64,000 nt of DNA. Origin: an uncultured Acidimicrobiia bacterium. GTDB lineage: Bacteria; Acidobacteriota; Terriglobia; Versatilivoradales; Versatilivoraceae. The DNA lies in NCBI GenBank assembly GCA_963786955.1, contig CAWBAT010000004.1, positions 320,001-384,000 of the forward strand. Reading direction: 5' to 3'. Position 1 is the stretch's first letter; the number at the start of each line of letters is the position of its first letter. Below are positions 1 to 9,600 of the stretch, one piece after another. Made by a program: the position numbers and the translations under genes. The notes below the pieces were generated by a model. It was not told where the DNA came from, made no database searches, and saw nothing but the letters and a program-made list of their open reading frames with translations.

Positions 1-745
1 GGGCGAGGATGAGCTTCGTGTAAAGGATCCAATCTCCCCTCCTCTGGATCATCTGTCCTCTTCCAGCAGGTATATCGGTTCTCAGAGGAAGGAGTTGGTA
101 CTTGGTTGTGTCTCCGTCATTGATTTCCAAAGTCCAAGTAATGGCATGCTTTTGTAGCCACTCGCTCGGTATCTCGGAGATAGTCGCGTTCGGTTCGGAA
201 TAAATATAGAACCGGCGCGGGAAGAGATGATAGTTCAAGAGGTACTTTATTGGCGCCCGTGTCCTGATCAGAATGCCAGCGTCATCAGGTGTTCTTTCTC
301 TTAGAATTTCCGCCAGGGAAGATATCTCACTCAATTCGGGAACGGCAAACTCTCCCGATCCCTTACCCATTGATAACCGCAAGTGGCTGCTGAGATTAAT
401 CCACCCAAAATTCAGCGCCATAATGGAAATCAACAGACTCATGAGCAATAATAGGACGACGGCCTTTGATCCGGAACCCAACTGTCTTTCCAGACTTTGA
501 ACTTGAGCTTTTCTTCGTGAAATCAACAGGAGAAAACCAAGCCCAACCGCTTCTACTCCGCAGAAGACTAAGGTTGCAGGGACCAATCGAACTTTTTCTA
601 AAATCCTCTCATTCACAGTGCCTGTTTGGCTTAACTGTTTTGCGATCCACGAATGATCAAGCTCATAGGACGGACACCCCACCCCAAGGAGGAGGAACCC
701 GACAACAAGAAGGAGATGAGGAACAACTCTTAACAGTTTATACAT
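1..745 (-). CDS. Hypothetical membrane protein, running off the window start
   Basis: Translated by hand: ATG at 745 gives MYKLLRVVPHLLLVVGFLLLGVGC...KYLLNYHLFPRRFY..., open to base 1 with several hydrophobic segments. Missing from the ORF track because no stop lies in the window. Confidence 0.6.
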   Translation of the reverse strand, partial: MYKLLRVVPHLLLVVGFLLLGVGCPSYELDHSWIAKQLSQTGTVNERILEKVRLVPATLVFCGVEAVGLGFLLLISRRKAQVQSLERQLGSGSKAVVLLLLMSLLISIMALNFGWINLSSHLRLSMGKGSGEFAVPELSEISSLAEILRERTPDDAGILIRTRAPIKYLLNYHLFPRRFYIYSEPNATISEIPSEWLQKHAITWTLEINDGDTTKYQLLPLRTDIPAGRGQMIQRRGDWILYTKLILA

Positions 746-943
746 CGGAGCTTGGAGTAATCGCGTTTGAGCTAATATGGATTGGAAGCTGACTTTCCCT
801 CAAAAAAATCCCAACTCATAGCACTTCAGAGGAGTAATAAGTGTGTCTAAGATAACGTCGCACTGTGTCAATCCCCATTGCTGGAGCCGGCCTCAATTCT
901 CAAAGTTCCGAGAAGTCTGGTACTAAAGGCGAGGGATGCAAGC

Positions 944-3574
944 TTACAGATATTGCAAGTGGAGCGTCATCGTTTTTCCCGCAGGCAACTGGTATCGGGT
1001 GTGACCTATAGGTGCGAAGCCTGCCAACGGCGGTAATGATATGGCCTCGCTTTCAGGTAAGACGATCTCACCCTGTCCGTACGCAGGCAAACCAAGCGAC
1101 AGTGTTCGGGCGCCTCTCTTCCCTCTGAAGGAGAATTGGATTGGCCCTTGAGGGGTGTAGGTCGTCAATTCAAGATCCTCCAGATCCGCCAGTTGAGGGT
1201 AAATTTCAAACCGTTTATAGCCCGCCTCGATAGGTCGAATTCCCGCCAGGTTCATCACAGCCACATAGAGCGGAACAACAGCACAATGACTCCATTGCGA
1301 GTCGGAGTCGGGCTTAACATGCCAGTTTTCCTGAAGTGCATTGTTGAGACGCACCGAATCCATGCTTGCCCAGCGTTCGCGCAACTCCTTGACAACGACG
1401 TCAACCCGACCGCCTTTTGCCAGGGCCCACAAGCGCCAGCCGGCATTTGCAGGATAGGAGAACCCCATTTCACCCGGAGTTTCAACAAGGGCACGCAATG
1501 ATTCTTTGTGCTGATATTCAGGGCATTGATCGAAAAGGATGGCCGTCGCCAGCGAACGGTCACATAAGCGGATCTCTTTTTCCTCGGCCAACCAGGGGAG
1601 ATTATTGACAAAGAGATGATGCTCCTCGCTCCAAAACTTCCTCACAACAGCCGCCTCCAGTTGCCTTCCAAGGGCTGAAGCAGCTCCTGAGCGTTGTGTT
1701 TCACCGAATACACGACAGAGAGGAGCGAGTGCATACTGCAGCATGGCGGCGGCATAGAGGTTAAAAGCACATTGTTTGTGGCGTTGCTGCCGGTAGGCAT
1801 CGTGATCAATCCAAACCGATGGAACGCCAAGGTTCTCTACAGGCAGCAGACCATCACGACCGATGAGGCTTTTGAGGTATTGAGCAAAACGCAACAGTCT
1901 TGGAAAGGGTTCACTGAGAACCTTTAGGTCCCCGCTATAGAGATACGCATAGTAACAATCGAAGTTGAACCCCACCCCGTGATCAAGAATAGGCCCCCAA
2001 CGGGTCAGTTGAAGCTGGCGTTCCATTAATCGCGCCAGCCGGTCGTAGGCAGGCCAACAATCCAAAAAATATCCGTCGAGGGTTATCCCTTGACTGAAGG
2101 TCGCCAAATAACGGGCGGGAAGCCGAGTTTCTCCAAAGGTTGAGTAAATGGCATGAAGCTGATGACCGCAATCTCCGCTGTATTGCTGGCGTTCTCGCGC
2201 CATGCCATCAACAATATTTTCCTGAGCTGAATTGTTCAGAGTATTGATTGATGCATCAAATAAACGCTGGAGCGCCGGCTCGGACGAGGAAACATGAGGC
2301 ACATTCGGCCAAGGAAATATGCGGCGACGAATTCCTACGTCGCTGATGGTCACCGGGCCACGACCATGATGAACGTGTAACTGAAGCCATCGACAGCTTT
2401 CAAAATCAAACGACTCAAAGCGGTTTTTCCCTTCTCTACAGACAAATCGCGACCAACTTTCGAAATGAGTATTCAAGATTGGAGGACCATCGGCCGAGTG
2501 GGCCTCATGAACCAAGAGTTCAATGATTGTGCCGGCAGGTGCCTCAATCGTGAAATAGGGCCAACCGACAACTTGTTCGGAGAATACAAAACTCATAGCA
2601 GCGCCTCGGATGCCATCGAGACTCACCTGCCAGACTCCCGGGCTAACTTCGCCGGGGATGGCTTGTCGTTCTGCGCGATAAGCTTCGGGAGGCCGGCATT
2701 CAAAATACTCCTCCGGCGGACGTACCCATATAATCCAATGGAATTCAGCCAGCTTCTCAACGGGGAGAAGCGACTCGCTTATCTGCGGAATGCTGCGGGG
2801 TCGTAATTGTGCATTGCGGGGTTCACCGCTGGTGTCTAACAGATACTCGGTATATTTGGAACAAACAGGAGGTTTGTTTGGAGCACAATCCAAAGCCATC
2901 GCGTCAAGCCAGTCCGAGTCCTCGTGAAACTCCGGACTTGTCCAGCCATAAGGGTAGAGCCGCGCATCGAATTCTTCCTGCAATGAGCGCACATACCAGC
3001 GCTTGTAATGTCCCGGTTTCCAGGATCGAGGCAGCATGGCCTTCCAGGAAGAATCTGAAATGATGGTTGTCTGGGATCCGTCATCGAAAGTGATTTCCAG
3101 CCAAAAAAGAAAACCAGGCTTGCCGAGGGGGGAGGTGCCGTCGCCTTGGCCAAAAAAGAGCACTTGAGCACCGATGGTGTTGTCTCCGACATGCAGGATT
3201 GTGGTGAGATCTATCGGATCTGCTTCCAGCCAGCGCGGATCCGAAGGCGCAGGTCCCCATTGAATGCGCTTCCCATTGACCTCGAGCAGGTATCGGCTGT
3301 CGGCTGCAGTCCATCCTTGCGCTCTATGAGGCCGATGCTGCAGATACAGGCTCTTGCGAAACAAGACAAAGGTATTCGCCAAGCAACGGCCGGAAGGATA
3401 CCAGATCCATCGTGCCGGTTGCAAACCAGGAAGCTCTGTTGAATCTATCGGAATTGCTTGAATGGGATCGTCAAGCGACCGGGTACTAGCGGATTCGGGC
3501 AATTCATCCCGCTTCAAGAAAAATTGCGCGCCTCCAGCCAATGCCGAGCTTTTGATGAATTCACGTCTTTTCAT
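944..3574 (-). CDS. Tat-exported alpha-L-rhamnosidase-like glycoside hydrolase (GH78)
   Basis: MKRREFIK twin-arginine signal; GH78-type N-terminus (WIW, ADSRYLLEVNG); DGMARERQQYSGD catalytic-like segment; C-terminal TPQGPI. Confidence 0.8.
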   Translation of the reverse strand: MKRREFIKSSALAGGAQFFLKRDELPESASTRSLDDPIQAIPIDSTELPGLQPARWIWYPSGRCLANTFVLFRKSLYLQHRPHRAQGWTAADSRYLLEVNGKRIQWGPAPSDPRWLEADPIDLTTILHVGDNTIGAQVLFFGQGDGTSPLGKPGFLFWLEITFDDGSQTTIISDSSWKAMLPRSWKPGHYKRWYVRSLQEEFDARLYPYGWTSPEFHEDSDWLDAMALDCAPNKPPVCSKYTEYLLDTSGEPRNAQLRPRSIPQISESLLPVEKLAEFHWIIWVRPPEEYFECRPPEAYRAERQAIPGEVSPGVWQVSLDGIRGAAMSFVFSEQVVGWPYFTIEAPAGTIIELLVHEAHSADGPPILNTHFESWSRFVCREGKNRFESFDFESCRWLQLHVHHGRGPVTISDVGIRRRIFPWPNVPHVSSSEPALQRLFDASINTLNNSAQENIVDGMARERQQYSGDCGHQLHAIYSTFGETRLPARYLATFSQGITLDGYFLDCWPAYDRLARLMERQLQLTRWGPILDHGVGFNFDCYYAYLYSGDLKVLSEPFPRLLRFAQYLKSLIGRDGLLPVENLGVPSVWIDHDAYRQQRHKQCAFNLYAAAMLQYALAPLCRVFGETQRSGAASALGRQLEAAVVRKFWSEEHHLFVNNLPWLAEEKEIRLCDRSLATAILFDQCPEYQHKESLRALVETPGEMGFSYPANAGWRLWALAKGGRVDVVVKELRERWASMDSVRLNNALQENWHVKPDSDSQWSHCAVVPLYVAVMNLAGIRPIEAGYKRFEIYPQLADLEDLELTTYTPQGPIQFSFRGKRGARTLSLGLPAYGQGEIVLPESEAISLPPLAGFAPIGHTRYQLPAGKTMTLHLQYL

Positions 3575-3628
3575 TTGTACCTTTATGGTAATGGTAGGGG
3601 CGAAGCATTCGGTAAAGCGTGCTGCGAT

Positions 3629-5878
3629 TCATCGTGGCTCATTGACGAATTCTTCGCCCCTACGCCTATACGGGAGGTTGGCTGAGGAAGAGACTCGAGA
3701 GTTCCCGCGTATCTCAAATTCGACAGAATCAAGAGTGCGATTCATTTCATCGATCAGGCATAGATTGTGTTTTCCCTTCAGAGGAGTCCAAAGTAGAACC
3801 GAACCCGCGCGGCCAATCTCTTTCCCATCCAAACTCCAATTGAGGCGATCGTCTTTCGGGTGAGATTCAAAAAAAACTTTCTGTTGCTCGTGTGGTATGT
3901 CCGGGTCCAGGGCGATGATGGCACCGGACACTGGATAAACAATTCTAAAGTTCGTAGGACTGGAAACAGGTTGCACCGTGCTGGTTTCTGTTCCTTTAAG
4001 AAACCATTCAGAGCGGCTTTGGCCAGGAACAGAGAATTCGATATGCCGAGAAGTAAGGCCGGAGGGAGGCTCAGGGGAGTGGCTTGGCAAGCCACGGTGA
4101 AGCCAGTTCATGATTTCAATCCAAGCCGGCGCTGCGCCTGAAATCCCACTGACATTCCACATCGGCTCTCCGGAAAAATTGCCGACCCAGACTCCTACCG
4201 TGTAATGGTCTGAAAAACCCACACACCAATTATCCCGCATATCCTTGCTGGTCCCAGTTTTCACTGCACTCCAATACCGGGTTGAAAGCGGGCTTTCCAG
4301 GTGAAAAGTCTCGCTTCGGCTTTCCCGGTCGGACAGAATATCGGAGACAAGAAAAGCGGATTCGGCGGAGAGTCCTTGGCGCCTCGTCACATCCGGATTC
4401 TCCTCGAAGGTTAGACGGAGAGGAGTCCAAACGCCAGCGTTTGCCAGGGACCGGTAGGCATTGACCAGTTCCCAAAGAGTTACATCTGCCGCACCCAGAG
4501 CAAGCGAAGAACCGTAAAAATCTGCCGACTGAAGATTCTCAAAACCAAGTTCTCCGAGCTTTGGCACAAACCATTCCACTCCAACCAGATTCAAGACCTT
4601 GACGGCCGGAATATTTAAGGAGGAAGCCAGAGCTGTCCTGGCGGGGACTAGGCCGTGGAAGTGCTTATCGTAGTTCTCCGGGCGGTAAATGCCGTTCATC
4701 GCGGGCACGTCCAGCGGCGCATCATCCAGCAGTGAGGCCGGGGTCAGAATTCGCTTATCAAACGCCAAACCATAGAGAAAAGGTTTCAACGTTGAGCCGG
4801 CCTGACGTCTGGCTTGAGTCCCGTCCACGTAGCGGGCACTGGCCAATACTCCAACGTTGCCCACATAAGCAAGAATCTCTCCGCTCTTATTGTCAGCAAC
4901 CAAAACCGCTCCATCGTGCACATTCTGGCCTTGTACCGACAAAATATGTTGCTGTAGCGTCTCTGACACAAAGCGTTGCAGCTCTCGATCCAGGGTACAA
5001 ACCGCTTCGGCAGATCTCTTCTTGAATTGCAAGATTCGCGATCCAAGAAGTCGCTGACAAACATGCGGAGCCAGTGCAATCTCCGATTCAAACTTGTAGG
5101 GCAGAGACAGTGCTTCTTGAGTCTTGGAGAGGATTGTTGCAGAGCTTAGGTTGAGGTGCATCTCCTCAGATAGCTCGCCAGCTCGGCGCATCACCTCCTC
5201 GGTTGAAGCATTGGGAGCGCGGAGGAGAGCGGCCAGGATCACGGACTCACTGTCATCCAGCCCGTGTGGCCTCTTGTTAAACAGACCCCTCGAAGCCGAA
5301 GCAATGCCTTGCAATTCTCCTCGAAATGAAACCCTGTTCAGATACGCTTCCAGAATTTCTGCCTTTGACCAGCTTTCTTCCAGCTTCCTTGCCGCTCGCA
5401 TTTGATTCCACTTCTGCCAGATAGAGCGATGAGAAACCTGAGGTTGCAAATCCGGGATCAACTTTGAGACAAGCTGCATCGTAATAGTGCTGGCCCCTCG
5501 CAGGTTAGTGGAGGAGATTCGACCTATCAAAGCCCCTCCGCTTGCCTTCCAATCGACGCCTTTGTGCTGGTAAAACCGTTTGTCTTCCGCGCTGATGACG
5601 GCCGCCTGGAGCGCCGGAGAAATTTCCGCCAGCCCGACCCAATTAAGGCGTTTGCCCATAGGGTCAACCCTGATTTCGTGAAGCACCTGGCGATGGCGAT
5701 CCAGCAGCACCGCCTCTGACCCGGAATAAGAGTCATGGACTTGCTGAAAGGATGGAATGAGGTAAGAACTGTGGGAGAGAGAAACCCAGAAAACCAGACC
5801 AATCAATAATGTCAGCATAACCGCCAAGAAGGCGGGCCTATTAATGAAAAGGCTTTTCAGGTTCTTATAGACTCTCAT
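3629..5878 (-). CDS. pbpC: Penicillin-binding protein 1C
   Basis: Transglycosylase motifs EDKRFYQHKGVD and GASTITMQL; transpeptidase motifs STLK, SLN and KTGT; lies downstream of alpha-2-macroglobulin. Start moved to MRVYKN (5878) because the upstream extension translates the repeat. Confidence 0.92.
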   Translation of the reverse strand: MRVYKNLKSLFINRPAFLAVMLTLLIGLVFWVSLSHSSYLIPSFQQVHDSYSGSEAVLLDRHRQVLHEIRVDPMGKRLNWVGLAEISPALQAAVISAEDKRFYQHKGVDWKASGGALIGRISSTNLRGASTITMQLVSKLIPDLQPQVSHRSIWQKWNQMRAARKLEESWSKAEILEAYLNRVSFRGELQGIASASRGLFNKRPHGLDDSESVILAALLRAPNASTEEVMRRAGELSEEMHLNLSSATILSKTQEALSLPYKFESEIALAPHVCQRLLGSRILQFKKRSAEAVCTLDRELQRFVSETLQQHILSVQGQNVHDGAVLVADNKSGEILAYVGNVGVLASARYVDGTQARRQAGSTLKPFLYGLAFDKRILTPASLLDDAPLDVPAMNGIYRPENYDKHFHGLVPARTALASSLNIPAVKVLNLVGVEWFVPKLGELGFENLQSADFYGSSLALGAADVTLWELVNAYRSLANAGVWTPLRLTFEENPDVTRRQGLSAESAFLVSDILSDRESRSETFHLESPLSTRYWSAVKTGTSKDMRDNWCVGFSDHYTVGVWVGNFSGEPMWNVSGISGAAPAWIEIMNWLHRGLPSHSPEPPSGLTSRHIEFSVPGQSRSEWFLKGTETSTVQPVSSPTNFRIVYPVSGAIIALDPDIPHEQQKVFFESHPKDDRLNWSLDGKEIGRAGSVLLWTPLKGKHNLCLIDEMNRTLDSVEFEIRGNSRVSSSANLPYRRRGEEFVNEPR

Positions 5879-5894
5879 AGAAATTTTCCCGTCT

Positions 5895-6017
5895 GACCCC
5901 GAACGGGGTCGAATGTGAATAGCCAAGGGTGAAGCGAAGGGGCAATAGCCCCGAAGCGAAACCCGTGGGAACGACACCGTGTAGCAATTCCCAAACCGAC
6001 CCCGAACGGGGTCGAAT
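5895..6017. repeat. REP-like palindromic element, left flank of tnpA
   Basis: Two copies of the hairpin GACCCCGAACGGGGTC-GAAT (5895, 5998) enclosing further hairpins; inverted homologue at 6491-6600. Confidence 0.8.
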
Positions 6018-6023
6018 TGATTC

Positions 6024-6470
6024 TTAAACAAGGTATCGTTCGTCAAAGTCAATCCCGGCGTCTTCCAGTAATTTCTTCAGTTCCTCTTGAAAAACAACCT
6101 GGCGATGATGCTCCTCCTGATCCTTAATGTATTCGATGAGTGCGTCTTTTTCCCTGATCGACAGGGTAAATGCTCCATAGCCATCCTGCCAGTGTGTAAA
6201 ATGAGAGAACACCTGGTGATTCTTAATCCAGCTTGAGCTCGATACTTTGATGTCCTTCACGAAGTCGGATAAGGCCAAGCTTGGATGCAAACTCGAGAGG
6301 ATATGAATGTGGTCTTCAACGCCGTTGATGCGGTACAGATGGGAATCTTTGTTCTGGATGACACCCCAGATGTATTTGTAAAGTTCAGGCCGTCGATCAG
6401 CGGAAAGGGTTGTCTCCCGGTTTTTGGTTGAAAAGACGATATGGTAAAGAATTTGGGTGTAGGTTGACAT
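6024..6470 (-). mobile_element. tnpA: IS200/IS605-family (Y1 HUH) transposase, RAYT-like context
   Basis: MSTYTQILYHIVFSTKNR N-terminus, HUH motif EDHIHIL, WQDGYGAF, catalytic Tyr in EYIKDQ; no tnpB. Confidence 0.9.
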
Positions 6471-6490
6471 CGTCCTATCGCTCACTTCAG

Positions 6491-6600
6491 ATTCAACCCC
6501 TTCAGGGTTGACTGTCCGTCGTACCTCAACCACGGGTTCGCTTCGGGACTTCGTCCCTCTACTCACCCGTGGCTATTCACATTCAAGCCCTGCGGGCTTG
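6491..6600. repeat. REP-like palindromic element, right flank of tnpA (inverted copy)
   Basis: ATTCAACCCCTTCAGGGTTG ... ATTCAAGCCCTGCGGGCTTG; the reverse complement shares GAATGTGAATAGCCA.GGGTGA and CCCGAAGCGAA with the left flank. Confidence 0.8.
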
Positions 6601-6640
6601 GGTCGCCGATCCTCGCACCCCTTTCAATTTCAAATCAGAC

Positions 6641-9600
6641 CTAGTTGGCTGCCTTCGTCACCTTGACCGTTTCATTTGGAATCTCACCGAACATTTCAGG
6701 GGAATACAGTGCCTCTACGCGTGTCGGGGGTAAGTTGAAGAGCCCTTGGTTGTTTAGGCGGATGGTATATTCCACGGTCCATTCGCCTTTCGGAACATAT
6801 TCATAGTAGGCGCGAAAAGCTTCCAAGGAGCGTTCTTCAAATGCCGGCCAGACCCACCCTTCCTGAATTTCTCCTTGGGTGGCTAACCTTGAATCCCGAC
6901 CCAGTCCTGTTCCAAGAATTGCGGCTCCTGCTGGGATTGGATCACTCACGACTACCCAGGTCATGTCGGTTTGAGCCTCAACCTGCAGCCTTACCCGGAT
7001 GATATCTCCCTGATGCCAGGGGCCAGTGGATTTGGGGTCGACGGGAGAGAGCGTCTTTCTTATTTTGTATCCGGTTGAGAAGGGTTGTTTGAGAGGGATG
7101 GCCGCCCGGCTCTGGATGGTGGCCCAAGGGTTTCCTGAGGTGGCCGGGGTAATCAACAGAGCGCTCCGTTGCGGTGGCCATGGAAAGTCAAACTGGTTGC
7201 CTTTGGGGGATGTATTCCAATCTTGTGTCTCGGTCTTTCCTAATAGCGTGGCCGTGTTGATGCCCGATAAGGGAACACTCTCGAAAACCTTCGAGAATTT
7301 TTCCATAGCCAGAACCCCCCAAGCATTGGCCACGGTGGTATCCCATCGGCCCTGCTTCTGTCGGCCGAGAGCTCCCCGAGTGAGCCTTGGCAGGTCCTGT
7401 TTCCAGGCAGCCTGGTCCAGCAAGGACAGAATAAGTCGGACGGCATTGGTGTCAGTGGAGACCATCAACCACCAGAGAAAATCCGATCGTTCGGTGGAAA
7501 AACCCATTGTCGTTCCCTGGAAATTAAGCCGGGACCTCAGGATTTGTTCAGCTGCCTTGAGTTTGTCAACTTGACCCGAAATCTTTGATAGCTTTTGGAG
7601 AATATTAAACCAATTGATCACCGCCGAAGTGGGCCACAGGTTTGGCTCGATCGTAATCGAAGAAAGCATACTCGGCTCGGCCTGGCCCAAATATGTTAGC
7701 GCTTCGACCGCAGCCAGCTTGCGAATGGACAAGTCGGCTGTGGGGAGAGAAGAATAACGCACGACGCGTCCCTCGATGAATCCCCTGAGACCTGCTGCCA
7801 TTCTGGCTTCACTCTCTTCCGGGATCTTCCAACCGGCCTCATGAGCAATGGCTAACAGATAGGACGTCAATACATCGCTTCCACTCAAACAGGTCGGAAA
7901 ATATTTTGCCAGGCCGTCGGAGTCAAGGAAGGAAGGTAACATCTCCATCACTTTCTTCCAGCGTTTTTCATCTCGCAACGCAATCGCCCGGGAAGCTTCC
8001 TGCTCCAGGCAGATATAAGGGTAATCTCTCATATACTCCACAACACCCGACATCCCTTCCACTAGCGTGGGTCGTAAGATAACCTGGATTCCGCCGCGTC
8101 CCGGAAGCGCATCTTTGGGCCGCTCTACCTCAACACTAAGTTTTTGGTCCACTTGCGTGAGCGTCGCTTGAAAGACTCTCACGGGAATAGCGGGGACTAC
8201 CTTCTGTTGTACAGCTAGCCGGTCATGAGATCCATCGCTCGCCTTAGCACCCAGCTCATAGCGGAGCGCATCCACTCCGACCGGAGCGGACAGATTCCAG
8301 CCAATAGTTTGAGATTCACCTGCACCCAGCGAAACCTTCAGGGGCGCCAGCGGATCCTTCAGTCCCTTTACCTGTGCCGATACATCAACCTCCATGGCGT
8401 GGTCGGTGGTATTCCGAAGGGTGAATTCCGAACGGTATTGATCCCCTTGTCTGACGACAGGAGCAATGCCGGAGAGCAGGATCAGGTCCTGAGTCGATCG
8501 TATTGATGCAGACCCTGTTCCAAATTGATCCACTCCCGAAATCGCCACTGCCACAATGCGGAAGCTGGTCAAGGAATCATTTAGCGGGATCTCGATGGAA
8601 GCATCGCCGTCGACATCCAGCGGAACACGCCCTTTCCACAGAAGCAACGTGTCAAACAGCTCGCGGGTGATCTGTTTTCCCCCACCGCCCCCTGTAGGCA
8701 TTGCCTTCAAGCCAAAATGCCTTTTCCCAATCACCTGAGCCTGGGCCGTTGAAGTTTGCACACCATAACTTCGTCTCCCCATCATCGCCGCTAACAACTG
8801 CCAACTGTTGTTGGGCATCAACTCCAAAAGGCCTTCATCAACGGCCGCGATAGCCACTTCGCTTCCTGGTCCGGGAGCCTGGCCGTCAGTCTTCCTGACG
8901 GCGACACCCACTCGAGCCATTTCCCGGATCTTATAGATCGGCCGCTCAGGTGACACTTTAACTTTCAACTCATGGGTCCGCCAACCTACAGAGATTTCGG
9001 CGATACCCAATTTATAGGCGGGACGTCCCAAGTCAACTGTGGCCGTCGCTTGTACTCCACTGACACGCCCACGGACGAGTAAGACGGACACAAAAATATT
9101 GGGGGAAAAGCTGCCTTTGACCGGAATCTCGATCACAGGTTCTTTGCCTGAAAGCTCCTGGACCACAGCCTCCCCAACCCCTTCCCGCTCAATCGTGACG
9201 AGTGCCGTCGCTTCGGGAAACGGCATCCGAACCTGGAACCGAGCCTTCTCACCGACTTCGTAACGCTTTCGCTCCGGAAGCACATCGATGCGGTCATCAT
9301 CTGCGGCTTTGAACCACTGCTGATTCTTCCCCGCCACCCAGACTTCTTGATGCGTCGTTGTTTCCAAACCCGAAGAATCCTTGACAGAAGCTTGAAGGAT
9401 GACATTGCCGGAAACTGGCGACGTGGCTTCACAAGTGAGCAACCCCTTTTGGTTGGTCTTCCCTTCACACAGTTTCTGGAGTTTCTTCACTTCAGAGGAG
9501 TGCTCGTAGGCGTAGAAACCTCCTATCAGGCGCTTTCGATGGGAGTATGTCTTCTGTTCGTATAGGTCAACGATGACAGAAGCCTCCGGCACCGGTTTGC

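Noticed and set aside
5879-6566. N-terminal extensions of pbpC (to 6052) and tnpA (to 6566)
   Set aside because: They translate the palindromic flanks; better starts lie at 5878 and 6470
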